Source of the DNA: Acaryochloris thomasi RCC1774
Lineage (GTDB): Bacteria > Cyanobacteriota > Cyanobacteriia > Thermosynechococcales > Thermosynechococcaceae
Length of the DNA: 32,000 nt
Direction of reading: 5' to 3'
NCBI RefSeq assembly: GCF_003231495.1
Contig: NZ_PQWO01000008.1
Span: forward strand, 180,001-212,000
A model generated the notes under the pieces. The model was not told where the DNA came from. It did not search any database and saw only the letters and a program-made list of their open reading frames with translations. Position numbers and translations under genes: made by a program. Below, in pieces: positions 8,344 to 17,648 of the stretch. Each line of letters opens with the position of its first letter. The first letter of the stretch is position 1.

Positions 8344-8697
8344 CTAACCGTGCTGATCGAGATAGACATTTAAATCTTCAATCAAGCGCGTTAGCTCCAC
8401 TTCACTCGTTAAGCGAATTTTGTCATCTCGAATCGTAGCCAGGACCTTAGCGGCAAAGGGACTGGGATAGATGTTGGGGTTACAGAAACACTCTAGGAAG
8501 ATTTCTCCCGTGTACTGGTACTCCATTGGTTTTTGCGGCGTGATCTTACCACCACTCGCCGGTGTCGCTGCCGCTGACGCCTTCAGGGCTTTCATCAGCT
8601 CAGCAATGGCGGCTTTCAGATCTTGGGCGGCTTTAGGATCGAAGCTGAAAGTGACCGATCCCTCCGTCAACGTTAGCCGGAGTTGTGCATCAGACAT
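8344..8697 (-). CDS. hypothetical protein (117 aa), family not recognised
   Basis: Clean ATG ORF with protein-like composition (MSDAQLRLTLTEGSVTFSFDPKAAQDLKAAIAELMKAL...EVELTRLIEDLNVYLDQHG). Same strand as petL and 120 nt upstream of it. Confidence 0.6.
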   Translation of the reverse strand: MSDAQLRLTLTEGSVTFSFDPKAAQDLKAAIAELMKALKASAAATPASGGKITPQKPMEYQYTGEIFLECFCNPNIYPSPFAAKVLATIRDDKIRLTSEVELTRLIEDLNVYLDQHG

Positions 8698-8808
8698 GAA
8701 TAACTACCAACAGGACAGTGTTTTCAATGGTACCTGCCCAAGGGCCTTCATGAGCAATCCTCACCCCATTAATCGGTACCGGCAGCCCGCCTCACACCTC
8801 AGCTTTAG

Positions 8809-11166
8809 CTACAGACGCTTAGAGAATTCGCTTACCCTGGGCTGCTGAGCGATACCCCGATGCTGGAGAGCGTTGCTCGCCTTGCGGCTTGTCATAGGCT
8901 TCCACCATAGGTAGCCTTGACCCAGATCACAGCCAAGGCCCAACAGCAGTCTGCGCTGAGCATCGGTCTCAATCCCTTCTGCGATTAGCTTGAGCTTGAG
9001 ACCTTGGGCCAGCGAAACGATCGTTTTGATAATTTCCATACTCTGGGGGCTGTATTGCGCTTCATGCACGAAGGATTTATCTATTTTTAGCCCCTCTAAC
9101 GGTAGACGATGCAAATAACTTAACGAAGAATGGCCGGTGCCGAAGTCATCTAATAGAATTTCAACGCCGCAGTCTTTGAGCTGCTTCAGCACCCTGGCAG
9201 TTGCCTCTGGATCCTTCATTAAGATGCTTTCGGTAATCTCAAGCTTCAGATTTTTGCCCGCCACCTGCGTCCTATCTAAGGTTTCCGTGACGGTCTCAAC
9301 GAGATTGGCAAAAATGAAGTTAGCAGTGGACAGGTTAACGCTCATGGTAAGGTCGAGTTCGGGATGTTGGACTCGCCACTGATGAAGCTGCTGACAGGCG
9401 TTCTTCAAGACCCAGCGATCGAGGACAGAGATGATGCCCATTTCTTCGGCAATCGGGATGAAAACCGTGGGTGAGATGAGGCCATGGGTCGGATGCTGCC
9501 AGCGGAGCAGTGCTTCAAACCCTCGAATCTCTCCACTGCTGATGGCCACAATCGGCTGGAAAACCAAAAAGAACTCCTGCCGCTCTAAAGCCTGCCTCAG
9601 AGAGACCTCTAGCTCCATTCGCTGAAGGGTCGCGTTGGCAATGGATTGTTCAAATACAGCAAACAGGCCTTTTCCCTTTGATTTGGCCTGATACATGGCG
9701 ATATCCGCATCCTGAATGAGTTTTTCAGGAGAACGCTGCGAGGCTCTGAGCACAATGCCTATGCTGGCACTGGTATTGACAACATGGGTTTCTAAAGTAA
9801 TTGGCTCTTGAATTTCTCTCTGCAGTCTTTTGCAAAACGCTTCAATATCTTGTGGATGGGCGTTGGCAGCTAAAATCGCAAATTCATCGCCGCCAAACCG
9901 AGCAACGGTATCTTCGCTACGCAAGCAGCTCTGTAGTCGCTTGGCAACTTCAATCAGCACTTGGTCTCCAGCCAGGTGTCCGAGGGAATCATTGATGACT
10001 TTGAAGCGGTCAACATCAACAAAGGCAATGGCAATAGATTGGGTGGGGTTGCGATCGCAACGTTTAAGCGCCTGCCTCAGACGATCATAGAACAGCGTCC
10101 GATTCGGCAGCCCCGTGAGCGAATCGTAGAGCAGTGCCCCCTCTAAAAGCTGCTCTTGTAGCTGTCGAGATTGGGTAATATCTGAAATATTGAGGATGTA
10201 CCCTAACAGCCTTTCTTGTCGTAGAATCGGGAACTGCTCAATCTGAAAGTATTGCTGAGACGACTTTACCTCTGTTTTTCCTTGAGTTCGTAACGCACTC
10301 CAGTCAGAGCCTTGTAAGCAGGTCACCAGTTCCTGTGCCGATACTCCAATCGTATTTTTGGTGCATCCGAGTAGGGCCTCAGCCGCAGCATTAAACTCAA
10401 TTAATCGATAATCAAGATCTAGGACTAAGATTGAAGCTTTCAAACTGGTAAAAATCTGTTGGTAGGCCAACGGAGAGCGCTGCAAGATTTGGTACTGGGA
10501 TAGGCCCCAGCAAAATAGCACCGTGCTGATCGCTAACCCAATCGGCGTTAGATCAAAAAACCTTGAAGAGTCATAGAGCGGCGACAGCGTTAGAAAATTC
10601 AAAAGAAGCGGAATCAAACCGCAACACAGCAGCAAAATCAAAGACCGCCTCTGCTTCCTGCGGCTTTGCCAGATGGCGCTAAAAAGATAGGCGTGCCCAA
10701 CGGAAATAAGTGCATAACTGTAGGGCGTATGCACAAAAGTGAACCAAGGCCCCCGCTCATATTGGGCAATGGAAACTCCATATCGCCAGTCTGTCTGAGC
10801 AACCGTCCACATTAAAGAGGACCAATCAGGATTCCAGTAAACGATCAGCGTTGCTATTGGAACCAAGAGCAACACGACGGGAGAAGGGAGGCGATTGCCT
10901 GTGAGCTGGAGAATAAAGTAAAGCCACAAAACAGGAACAGTCACATAGGGCAGTGTCTGAATCCCGGTCCAAACCCAAAAATCGCCCGTAGTCTCGTTAA
11001 GGAAAAAGAGTCCAGATGTTGCACACCACAGCGCCGTCATCAGCGCAAAGAGTCGAAAGCCCCAATCAACCTGAGCAGTTTTCTGCGGTACAAGAAAAGC
11101 AACAGCCGTACAAACAACTGCAGCGAGGAAATTGACGCTGATATAGAAAATCAAAAACCACTGCAT
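8809..11166 (-). CDS. membrane-bound c-di-GMP turnover protein: N-terminal multi-TM (7TM-type) sensor, PAS-like region, GGDEF and EAL domains
   Basis: 785 aa. About seven hydrophobic segments in the first ~230 aa. RSED-x5-GGDEF gives a canonical I-site plus A-site (..LRSEDTVARFGGDEFAIL..). EAL-domain motifs EALLRW, ..NLSTANF.., ..LEITES.. and ..DDFGTGHSSLSYL.. are all present. Confidence 0.9.
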   Translation of the reverse strand: MQWFLIFYISVNFLAAVVCTAVAFLVPQKTAQVDWGFRLFALMTALWCATSGLFFLNETTGDFWVWTGIQTLPYVTVPVLWLYFILQLTGNRLPSPVVLLLVPIATLIVYWNPDWSSLMWTVAQTDWRYGVSIAQYERGPWFTFVHTPYSYALISVGHAYLFSAIWQSRRKQRRSLILLLCCGLIPLLLNFLTLSPLYDSSRFFDLTPIGLAISTVLFCWGLSQYQILQRSPLAYQQIFTSLKASILVLDLDYRLIEFNAAAEALLGCTKNTIGVSAQELVTCLQGSDWSALRTQGKTEVKSSQQYFQIEQFPILRQERLLGYILNISDITQSRQLQEQLLEGALLYDSLTGLPNRTLFYDRLRQALKRCDRNPTQSIAIAFVDVDRFKVINDSLGHLAGDQVLIEVAKRLQSCLRSEDTVARFGGDEFAILAANAHPQDIEAFCKRLQREIQEPITLETHVVNTSASIGIVLRASQRSPEKLIQDADIAMYQAKSKGKGLFAVFEQSIANATLQRMELEVSLRQALERQEFFLVFQPIVAISSGEIRGFEALLRWQHPTHGLISPTVFIPIAEEMGIISVLDRWVLKNACQQLHQWRVQHPELDLTMSVNLSTANFIFANLVETVTETLDRTQVAGKNLKLEITESILMKDPEATARVLKQLKDCGVEILLDDFGTGHSSLSYLHRLPLEGLKIDKSFVHEAQYSPQSMEIIKTIVSLAQGLKLKLIAEGIETDAQRRLLLGLGCDLGQGYLWWKPMTSRKASNALQHRGIAQQPRVSEFSKRL

Positions 11167-11370
11167 TAGGAAGCTATCGCCAGAATACTGACCTAGTAAA
11201 GAGAAAAATTAATTTCTGCTCCATTATCGGTCAAGTCAGACATCCTCCTCAAAAGGCAGCTAAAAAAATCTGGAAGAATCTGCTGGGCTCCTAAATTCCT
11301 CAAAGATAGAGTTTTCTATGCTCATACCTTTCTATCTAGGGAGCAGAAGCATCAATACAGCAGCTGACAT

Positions 11371-12369
11371 CTAAAAATCGCTCGGTATCTCCGGCTCTGT
11401 TGCTGAACGGCGAGGGGACCGCAGCTCTGCGTCAAAGAAGGTGATTGTCCGCGCCATTACCTCATCAAACCAGGTTGGGAAATGCCAGAAAGCATGGGGC
11501 GCTCTGGGGATTTTGACCACTTCAGAGAAGATCCCAGCCCCTTCGTATCGCTGAGCGAGTTTGACCGACTGTTGATAGGGGACAATATCGTCCGAGTCAC
11601 TGTGCAACAGCAACAGGGGCGGATCGGTCTGATCCACGTGGGAGATAGGTGAGGCCAAGATCCACGACTTTGGATCCTGCGCAGGAGAAACCGCCAGGAA
11701 TTTTTGCACCACAGGCCGTTCAGTAAAATCAGTCAATGCGCTGGGGGTTGCCATGCCGACGGCAGCTTGAATTTGACTCGATATCTCTAAGCTTGGATCG
11801 GCTCCCTCAAGTTCAGGAATGCCGGAGCTTGTTGCCAGTAGGATCGCCAAGTGCGCGCCTGCCGAACCCCCAATTGCACCCAAAGCCGTGTCGTCAATTC
11901 CATACTGCTTAGCGTTGGCGCGCATCCATCGTACTGCCGCTTTGACATCGTGAACGGCAGCCGGGAAGGGCGCCTCTTGGGATGTTCTGTATTCTATGCT
12001 GGCGACAGCAAAGCCGTCTTCTGCCAGCCGAGAGGCAATCGGAGCAAAACCTTCTTTATCACCTTGATGCCATCCGCCACCGCGAATCGCAATGATGCCG
12101 GGGATGGTTTCTGTAGACCGATCTCGGGGTAGGTAAAGGTCAAGTTTCAGCGTGCGCCCCTGCTCGTGTTGAGCATAGACAAGATCCGAAATCACCTCCA
12201 CGTTGTTAGTCGGTTCGTAGACAATGCGCGGTCCCCAGCGCTCTGCCTGGGGTGATGTCTGCGCTAATGCTTCCGGCGCTCCGACCAGCATGACGGCTGC
12301 GGTCAGTAGGTATATCCCATTAACTTTGAGATCTCTGATTAAATTCCACATCTCTGCTTGAACCTTCAC
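11371..12369 (-). CDS. secreted alpha/beta hydrolase (esterase/lipase-type)
   Basis: 332 aa. Oxyanion-type IRGGGWHQGD and nucleophile elbow GGSAGAHLA (G-x-S-x-G). Acid and His candidates are ..SDSDDIVP.. and ..PHAFW.. The signal peptide ends ..APEALA-QT. The start is either GTG at 12369 or ATG at 12351. Confidence 0.8.
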   Translation of the reverse strand: MKVQAEMWNLIRDLKVNGIYLLTAAVMLVGAPEALAQTSPQAERWGPRIVYEPTNNVEVISDLVYAQHEQGRTLKLDLYLPRDRSTETIPGIIAIRGGGWHQGDKEGFAPIASRLAEDGFAVASIEYRTSQEAPFPAAVHDVKAAVRWMRANAKQYGIDDTALGAIGGSAGAHLAILLATSSGIPELEGADPSLEISSQIQAAVGMATPSALTDFTERPVVQKFLAVSPAQDPKSWILASPISHVDQTDPPLLLLHSDSDDIVPYQQSVKLAQRYEGAGIFSEVVKIPRAPHAFWHFPTWFDEVMARTITFFDAELRSPRRSATEPEIPSDF

Positions 12370-12493
12370 TCCTCTAGCTCTCCTCTATCAATAAGGAGAA
12401 AGAAAGATAACAGAAGGATCTTGCTCCCCTCTACCAGTATTGGAAGAGGGGCTGGGGGTGAAGGCCGTGTAAAGCATTTGCCAATCAGCCGGA

Positions 12494-12742
12494 CTAGGTG
12501 GGAATGAGTTCTCCAGGGCGCAGACGGGACCACTTACCGCTGTCTGCGGTGAAACTGGCACAGCCCACCACATCCCATTCCATTTCAATTTCATCGCTAT
12601 GGCTGCGAATGTTGACGTTAATGGTGGGTTCTGTGGGTTCAAAGGTCGGCGTTTCAGTTAAATGCGGCTGTTGATGCTGGCCTTCTACGGCATGGTAGGT
12701 GAGGCAGTTATCGACGTAGTGACAGTTGACGCAGATACACAT
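12494..12742 (-). CDS. ycf34: Ycf34 (small Fe-S/Cys-rich cyanobacterial protein)
   Basis: Track ORF 12494..12832. From the internal Met it reads MCICVNCHYVDNCLTYHAVEGQHQQPHLTETPTFEPTEPTINVNIR..IEMEWDVVGC..GKWSRLRPGELIPT, which matches the Ycf34 pattern MCICxNCxYVDxCxTYHAVE. Starting at 12742 also removes the overlap with the upstream gene. Confidence 0.85.
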   Translation of the reverse strand: MCICVNCHYVDNCLTYHAVEGQHQQPHLTETPTFEPTEPTINVNIRSHSDEIEMEWDVVGCASFTADSGKWSRLRPGELIPT

Positions 12743-12801
12743 CTTCTGGCTCCTTTGCCACTCTTCGGGCATGAACTCAGGTCGCGCTTGATGCTGATAC
12801 T

Positions 12802-14073
12802 CTAACTTATCTGACAAAGTGTCGGACACCATGTTGCCAGAACTTTGCCCTGAATAGATTGATTCAAAAGAGGCGTGTTTTCGCCCAAAGTGTGGAGGGT
12901 TTGGACATCTACAGTCCAGTTCTGTTGAGGGTCAAAAAGCACCATCTCTGCGGGCTGGTTAATCTCTAGAGTGGGCGGAGATTGAGCGAGACATTGAGCA
13001 GGCTGCTGACTCAGGACGCGCCACAGATCAAGAGCGCTCCAGCGTCCGGTCGCCACAAGTCGCTGCCAGAGCATCGGCAGGACCAGCTCTAAACCAATTG
13101 CTCCTGGGGGTGCCTGACCAAAAGAGACGGTTTTTTCCTCAAAGGTGTAGGAATGGTGATCGGTTGCGATCGCATCTAAAATCCCGTCCTGAAGCCCCTG
13201 AATCAGCGCCTCTTGATCCTCAGGATTACCCACCGGTGGATCAAGACGCAGACCTGTATCGTAGGACGCCAGATCCTTGCTGTTCCAAAGCAAATGCATC
13301 CAGGTGGCGCTAGCGGTGATCGGCAGGCCCGCCGCCTTCGCTGCGGCAATCAGGGCAACGCTCCGAGCCGTTGAGACCCGCATGATGTGGACTGGCGTTG
13401 GCACCATCACCACGATCTCTAAGAGTTCTGCCAGAGCTGCCGTTTCCGACACCGTAGGATTCTCCGGCAGTCCTAACCGCAGTGCCTGAATACCTTCACG
13501 AATGACGCCTTGATTGGCAAGGGCAGGCTGAACCGGCCATAGGGCAATGGGAACCTGCGAAGGCGACAGATATTCCAGCAGCCGTCGCACGAGGACCGGG
13601 TGGGTGAGGGGTGCGCCATCGCTGAAGCCCACAACGCCCGCAGCCTGTAGCTCCGATAGCTCAACGAGGTGCTGGCCTGCTAAATCTTGGGTAATCGCTC
13701 CCCAAGCCCGGAACTGCACCGGACTCTCTGGAGGGGCCTGCAGCCGCGTCAGGGCATCGGGGGTATCTAAAGGTGGCTGAGTATCAGGCAGCAGAGTGAG
13801 GCGCGTAAAGCCTCCGGCAGCAGCAGCCTCACCCAGGGACTGGAGGGTTTCACGGGCTTCAAATCCGGGAGTACCGGAATGGCAGTAGAGGTCCACTAAA
13901 CCAGGACCGAGAATCAAACCCGAGCAGTCACGCCGCTGGGTATCGCTAGGCAAGTTCGTGATCGAGTCCTCAATGGCCTTGAGCTGGCCGTCGGAGATCA
14001 GGACATCTGAGATGCGATCCTGTTGGCTACTTGGATCTAAAAGGCGGACCTGGTGCAGCAACTCATGCGTCAT
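12802..14073 (-). CDS. dihydroorotase-like amidohydrolase (type I DHOase/allantoinase family; the first metal motif is degenerate)
   Basis: 423 aa. N-terminal beta-sandwich ..VRLLDP...DVLISDGQLKAI.., then ..GPGLVDLYCHSGTPG.. where DHOases have D-x-H-x-H. The late motif ..AIATDHHSY.. corresponds to the family's xTDHAPH block. Confidence 0.8.
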   Translation of the reverse strand: MTHELLHQVRLLDPSSQQDRISDVLISDGQLKAIEDSITNLPSDTQRRDCSGLILGPGLVDLYCHSGTPGFEARETLQSLGEAAAAGGFTRLTLLPDTQPPLDTPDALTRLQAPPESPVQFRAWGAITQDLAGQHLVELSELQAAGVVGFSDGAPLTHPVLVRRLLEYLSPSQVPIALWPVQPALANQGVIREGIQALRLGLPENPTVSETAALAELLEIVVMVPTPVHIMRVSTARSVALIAAAKAAGLPITASATWMHLLWNSKDLASYDTGLRLDPPVGNPEDQEALIQGLQDGILDAIATDHHSYTFEEKTVSFGQAPPGAIGLELVLPMLWQRLVATGRWSALDLWRVLSQQPAQCLAQSPPTLEINQPAEMVLFDPQQNWTVDVQTLHTLGENTPLLNQSIQGKVLATWCPTLCQIS

Positions 14074-14110
14074 CGAAAGCCCTCCTCATCAGCGTTTGCG
14101 TCATCCCTGG

Positions 14111-15454
14111 CTATAAAGCCCCGGCTGCAGTTTGATCAAGAACGCCACCAGCTAAGTGGGTGGTCATATTCATCGCCGCCAGCGTCGGCTTCCCGGCAGC
14201 GGTATAGTCAATAACGCTCACGGCTCCGTTACCCTGCTTAAAGGACCAAAACTGTTCCGGCCCTAAGCCCGCGAGATGGCACAAAATGACTTTATTGACA
14301 GCATCATGCGCAACAACAATTCCCACCTTGCCGCTGCCCAGATGGGCTTTCACGATGGCGTCCCAGGCTGCGATCGCCCGATCCCAAACCTGCTGGAGGT
14401 TTTCTCCCTCCGGCATCTGGACCTCTGCAGGGGTTGATTGCCAACGCTCTAGCTCACCGGGATAGCCGCTTTCAATCTCGTTCTCTAGGCATCCTTCCCA
14501 TTTGCCGTGACTGATTTCTCGCAGTTGATCATCCACCGTCAAAGGCACCTGCGGGTGATGGGCCAAGATCAGTTCAGCCGTTTCTTTGGGACGCAGCATT
14601 GAGCTGCTCACGGCAAAGTCGATGTGGATATCTTTCAAAAAGTCAGCGGCCTGCTGTCCCTGCAGACGTCCGTTGTCATTCAGCGGCACGTCGATCTGGC
14701 CTTGAAATTTACCCTGCCGGTTCCAGTCTGTTTCACCGTGGCGCACTAAGAGCAGCCGCAGCGCCTCATAATTTTGCCGGGGAGACGAAACCTTTAGTCC
14801 TGTGTGATCGGTTAGATTGAGGGACTCTAGCTGCGTGGGCTGTCCTGGCACGAAATTGAGAATACTGATGTTGCAGTTGGCCTGCTGCAGCGAATGGTAG
14901 CGCTCAGGCGTCAGCCCCAAAGCGGTTCCTAACAAAGCCCGATTAATACCGCTGTGCCCTACAAGAAGAATGGTTTCTCCCTGATGCTGGGGGAGAAGCT
15001 GCTGCCAAACCTGCTGGGCCTGCTCATAGAGTGCAGGCACCGGGTAAAAAGATTCGAGGCCGTTGTCGCCCTCAACTTCCATACAGAGCTTTTCAGGGTA
15101 ATGGTGCCAGTTTTCATAGCCCTGCGGATCTCGTTCTTTGACTTCAGAGAACAAGATACCTTCCCAAAGCGGCAGGCTGATTTCGATCAGGTTATCCAAA
15201 ACCCGTGGCTGCACGGTGGTCTCAAGCTGCTGGCAAATATTTTCTGCGGTGTGGCGCGTCCGCATCAAGGGGCTATGGTAGATGGCGTCAAAGGGAATAT
15301 CTTTTAGCGCTCGCCCCACACTCTGGGCGTCGGCGGTGCCTTGCTCGGTCAAGGTGGATTCGTCGAGATGACCTTGAATGCGACGTTCAACGTTGTAGGT
15401 GCTCTCGCCGTGACGAACGAGAATTACACGGGTAGCCAGGGCCTTGTCGTCCAT
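14111..15454 (-). CDS. tandem (two-domain) histidine phosphatase / phosphoglycerate mutase family protein
   Basis: There are two RHG catalytic cores: ..RVILVRHGESTYNVERRIQG.. and ..RLLLVRHGETDWNRQGKFQG.. Each has a downstream His motif (..LLVGHSGINRAL.., ..IVVAHDAVNKVIL..). I prefer the ATG at 15454 over the TTG at 15472 used by the track. Confidence 0.85.
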   Translation of the reverse strand: MDDKALATRVILVRHGESTYNVERRIQGHLDESTLTEQGTADAQSVGRALKDIPFDAIYHSPLMRTRHTAENICQQLETTVQPRVLDNLIEISLPLWEGILFSEVKERDPQGYENWHHYPEKLCMEVEGDNGLESFYPVPALYEQAQQVWQQLLPQHQGETILLVGHSGINRALLGTALGLTPERYHSLQQANCNISILNFVPGQPTQLESLNLTDHTGLKVSSPRQNYEALRLLLVRHGETDWNRQGKFQGQIDVPLNDNGRLQGQQAADFLKDIHIDFAVSSSMLRPKETAELILAHHPQVPLTVDDQLREISHGKWEGCLENEIESGYPGELERWQSTPAEVQMPEGENLQQVWDRAIAAWDAIVKAHLGSGKVGIVVAHDAVNKVILCHLAGLGPEQFWSFKQGNGAVSVIDYTAAGKPTLAAMNMTTHLAGGVLDQTAAGAL

Positions 15455-15678
15455 AGGGAGATGCGATCGCAAATAAAGACTAGTTAAGTGGGCACACAGG
15501 CCACGAAAATTCTACCCTGTCCAGACAGTAGTTCTCAAACTTCTAGCTAAAGCCGACTCTTTAGAAATCAGGTAAGCAGGATTATGACGGAGGTGATTGC
15601 AGGTGTGACTACATATTGCCTTTAAAGTGAAGAATAACTCTCCCGACAGATTCCCTATAGCCACCCCTGAGACACTGC

Positions 15679-17232
15679 ATGATCAAGGATCGCCAGCTTT
15701 ATAAACTCATCCTCAGTATTCTGACCGTCATTGTGGTCGCCATGATTGGTCTCCAGCTCGTGAGTAGCTGGACACAACCTCAGGCCCAAAGCCAGCTCAA
15801 TCTCTATGAAAGCGATCTACTGCTGCAGGCTTCGACCTGGCAAGAGACAAATGATGCTGAGCCAGGGACTTCGCCCCTATTAGAAAATCTGTGGGGCGAT
15901 AGCGATCCGGTGCAGCAGGCGCTCAAGAACTATCAGAAAATTAAGACTTCTGCCACGCTCCAAAGCGGGCCAACAGACGATCCGGAAAAGAGAGCAGCCT
16001 CAGAAGCGTTTGTAAATGAATTGGATTTGCGGTTGGGCCTGCTGTACGCACGTTCAGGGCAAGTTGAAGATGCGATCGCAACCTGGACTCCCCTCGCAGA
16101 GGCTGCGCCTTCCCCCGGCAATCAGCGCGCTGTGACCGCCGCCATTCTTCAGGGCCTCTGGAGCGATCCGCCCCAGCTAAAGCCCCAGGCACAGCAGCAG
16201 TTAGAAAGTCAGCTCAAGGGCTGGTTTCGGTACCAGAGCCTATCACAGCTCTATCAGCTTCAGCAGCGTCAAGAAACCCTCACAACCCTCCGCAGCCAAG
16301 AGCATGCAGCAGCCGAAAAAGCCTTAACGCGATTGGCCGCAGTCCAAGTCTTCCCAGCCATCGGAGGACTCACGGGAGTCGGCATTCTGATCTTTTGGCT
16401 AATCCAATTTGCAGTTAAAAAACGTCAGAGTCTCCCCGAGGCGGCTAGCACAGCACCTACGATTGAGCCAATTGAAGCCCAAGCAGACCAGACGCCCAAT
16501 ACCCCTCAAGAACTAGCGGCAACGGTTCGGTGGCCCGTCACCACAATTTGGCAAGTGATGGTGGTCTGGTTTGCCGCTTTCTTTTGCGTCAGCTTTGTCT
16601 TGCCGGTCGTGCTGTACGTGGCCGGAGCCAAGCCCGAAACCTTTGGCGCGCGCGGGCAAGCCTATCTAGCGCTAATTCAGTACAGCCTATTGATGGGGGT
16701 CGGATTTTCGATTCTCTACCTCAGCCTTAAGCCCTTCTTATCTCAGCCCCTCAAGTGGCTACCGCTGCGCTGGCAAGGCTCTTGGTTTAGCTGGGGGTTA
16801 AGCGGATATCTGGCGGCGCTGCCCCTAGTGATTGTGATTTCGGTACTGAATCAAAAACTGCTACAAAATCAGGGGGGCGGCAATCCGCTGCTCGAAATTA
16901 TTTTAAACAGCCACGACCGCTTCAGTATGGGACTGTTGCTGTTTATGGTGGCTGTGCTGGCACCGCTGTTTGAAGAAATCTTGTTTAGAGGCTTTTTCCT
17001 AACCTCTTTAACCCGCTATCTGCCGATGTGGAGTGCGATTGGGTTGAGTGGGTTGGTATTTGCGATCGCACATCTAAACCTGTCTGACATCTTGCCCTTA
17101 ACGGTACTGGGCTGCATGCTGGGCTTCGTCTATACGCGATCTCAAAATTTACTGGCCTCCATGTTGCTGCATGGCTTGTGGAACAGTGGCTCCTTTATCG
17201 GACTGATTATATTAGGGAGCAGTGTCAGTTAG
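15679..17232 (+). CDS. CPBP family intramembrane glutamic endopeptidase (CAAX protease/Abi type) with a long N-terminal extension
   Basis: 517 aa. C-terminal motifs ..APLFEEILFRGFFL.. (EExxxR), ..FAIAHL.. (FxxxH) and ..LLHGLWN.. sit in a polytopic region. The N-terminal ~230 aa follow one TM segment and are Q-rich and helical. Confidence 0.8.
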   Translation: MIKDRQLYKLILSILTVIVVAMIGLQLVSSWTQPQAQSQLNLYESDLLLQASTWQETNDAEPGTSPLLENLWGDSDPVQQALKNYQKIKTSATLQSGPTDDPEKRAASEAFVNELDLRLGLLYARSGQVEDAIATWTPLAEAAPSPGNQRAVTAAILQGLWSDPPQLKPQAQQQLESQLKGWFRYQSLSQLYQLQQRQETLTTLRSQEHAAAEKALTRLAAVQVFPAIGGLTGVGILIFWLIQFAVKKRQSLPEAASTAPTIEPIEAQADQTPNTPQELAATVRWPVTTIWQVMVVWFAAFFCVSFVLPVVLYVAGAKPETFGARGQAYLALIQYSLLMGVGFSILYLSLKPFLSQPLKWLPLRWQGSWFSWGLSGYLAALPLVIVISVLNQKLLQNQGGGNPLLEIILNSHDRFSMGLLLFMVAVLAPLFEEILFRGFFLTSLTRYLPMWSAIGLSGLVFAIAHLNLSDILPLTVLGCMLGFVYTRSQNLLASMLLHGLWNSGSFIGLIILGSSVS

Positions 17233-17501
17233 CAGTACTGACTCACGTCTTCGCCACACTGATCGGCTAGGTAACACATCGCTCGGAAGCGCAGCGCCAC
17301 CACTTCTTCATATGCAGGGTTGAGCTTGCACAGGGGCGGAATATGAAAGATCGTCTTACCCCGGACCGAGATCGTGCGCTCAAACGGGCACTGAGCCGGA
17401 ATCAGACGGCAGATGCGATGTGCCGTATCTGGATTATCGACATTAATCTTGTCAAAGAAAGGATTAACCAAACGGTGAAAGAATCGATTAAGTGAAGACA
17501 T
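17229..17501 (-). CDS. small Cys-rich protein resembling the Mo-dependent nitrogenase C-terminal domain family (PF06967-like)
   Basis: 90 aa. ..AHRICRLIPAQCPFERTISVRGKTIFHIPPLCKLNPAYEEVVALRFRAMCYLADQCGEDVSQYC matches my recollection of this cyanobacterial small-protein family (..CPFER...LFHIPPLCKLNP..). Not verified by search. Confidence 0.55.
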   Translation of the reverse strand: MSSLNRFFHRLVNPFFDKINVDNPDTAHRICRLIPAQCPFERTISVRGKTIFHIPPLCKLNPAYEEVVALRFRAMCYLADQCGEDVSQYC

Positions 17502-17561
17502 CTGACCAACTGTCCTAGGGATTGAAAACGTTAGCGGTAATCGAAGAGGCGTGAAAAAAAA

Positions 17562-17648
17562 CTAGCTGTCTTGAAGCAGGAAGTAACAACCGAAAGCGCA
17601 GGAGATAGCCCAGAAGCTAAGCAGTTGTGTAATCAAGAATTCCAGCAT
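17562..17648 (-). CDS. possible 28-aa hydrophobic peptide (speculative)
   Basis: ATG (17646-17648 on +) with GGAG 9 nt upstream. Translation is MLEFLITQLLSFWAISCAFGCYFLLQDS, one predicted TM helix. The stop is followed immediately by T8. No family recognised. Confidence 0.2.
   Translation of the reverse strand: MLEFLITQLLSFWAISCAFGCYFLLQDS

Noticed and set aside
8292-8345. Hairpin CTCTCAAG-CGCCC-CTTGAGAG just after the stop of the 117-aa gene, considered as a terminator
   Set aside because: No T-run follows it on either strand; the T7 tract precedes it on the + strand. It could be an RNA stability element, but I cannot support a terminator call.
8139-8369. 76-aa minus-strand track ORF
   Set aside because: It is in a different frame from the 31-aa petL ORF that explains this region, and its sequence (..SRRPSQSPKLLRGNLFPAV..) is not protein-like.
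12388-12642. 84-aa minus-strand ORF overlapping ycf34
   Set aside because: It is an alternative frame of the strongly supported ycf34 CDS.
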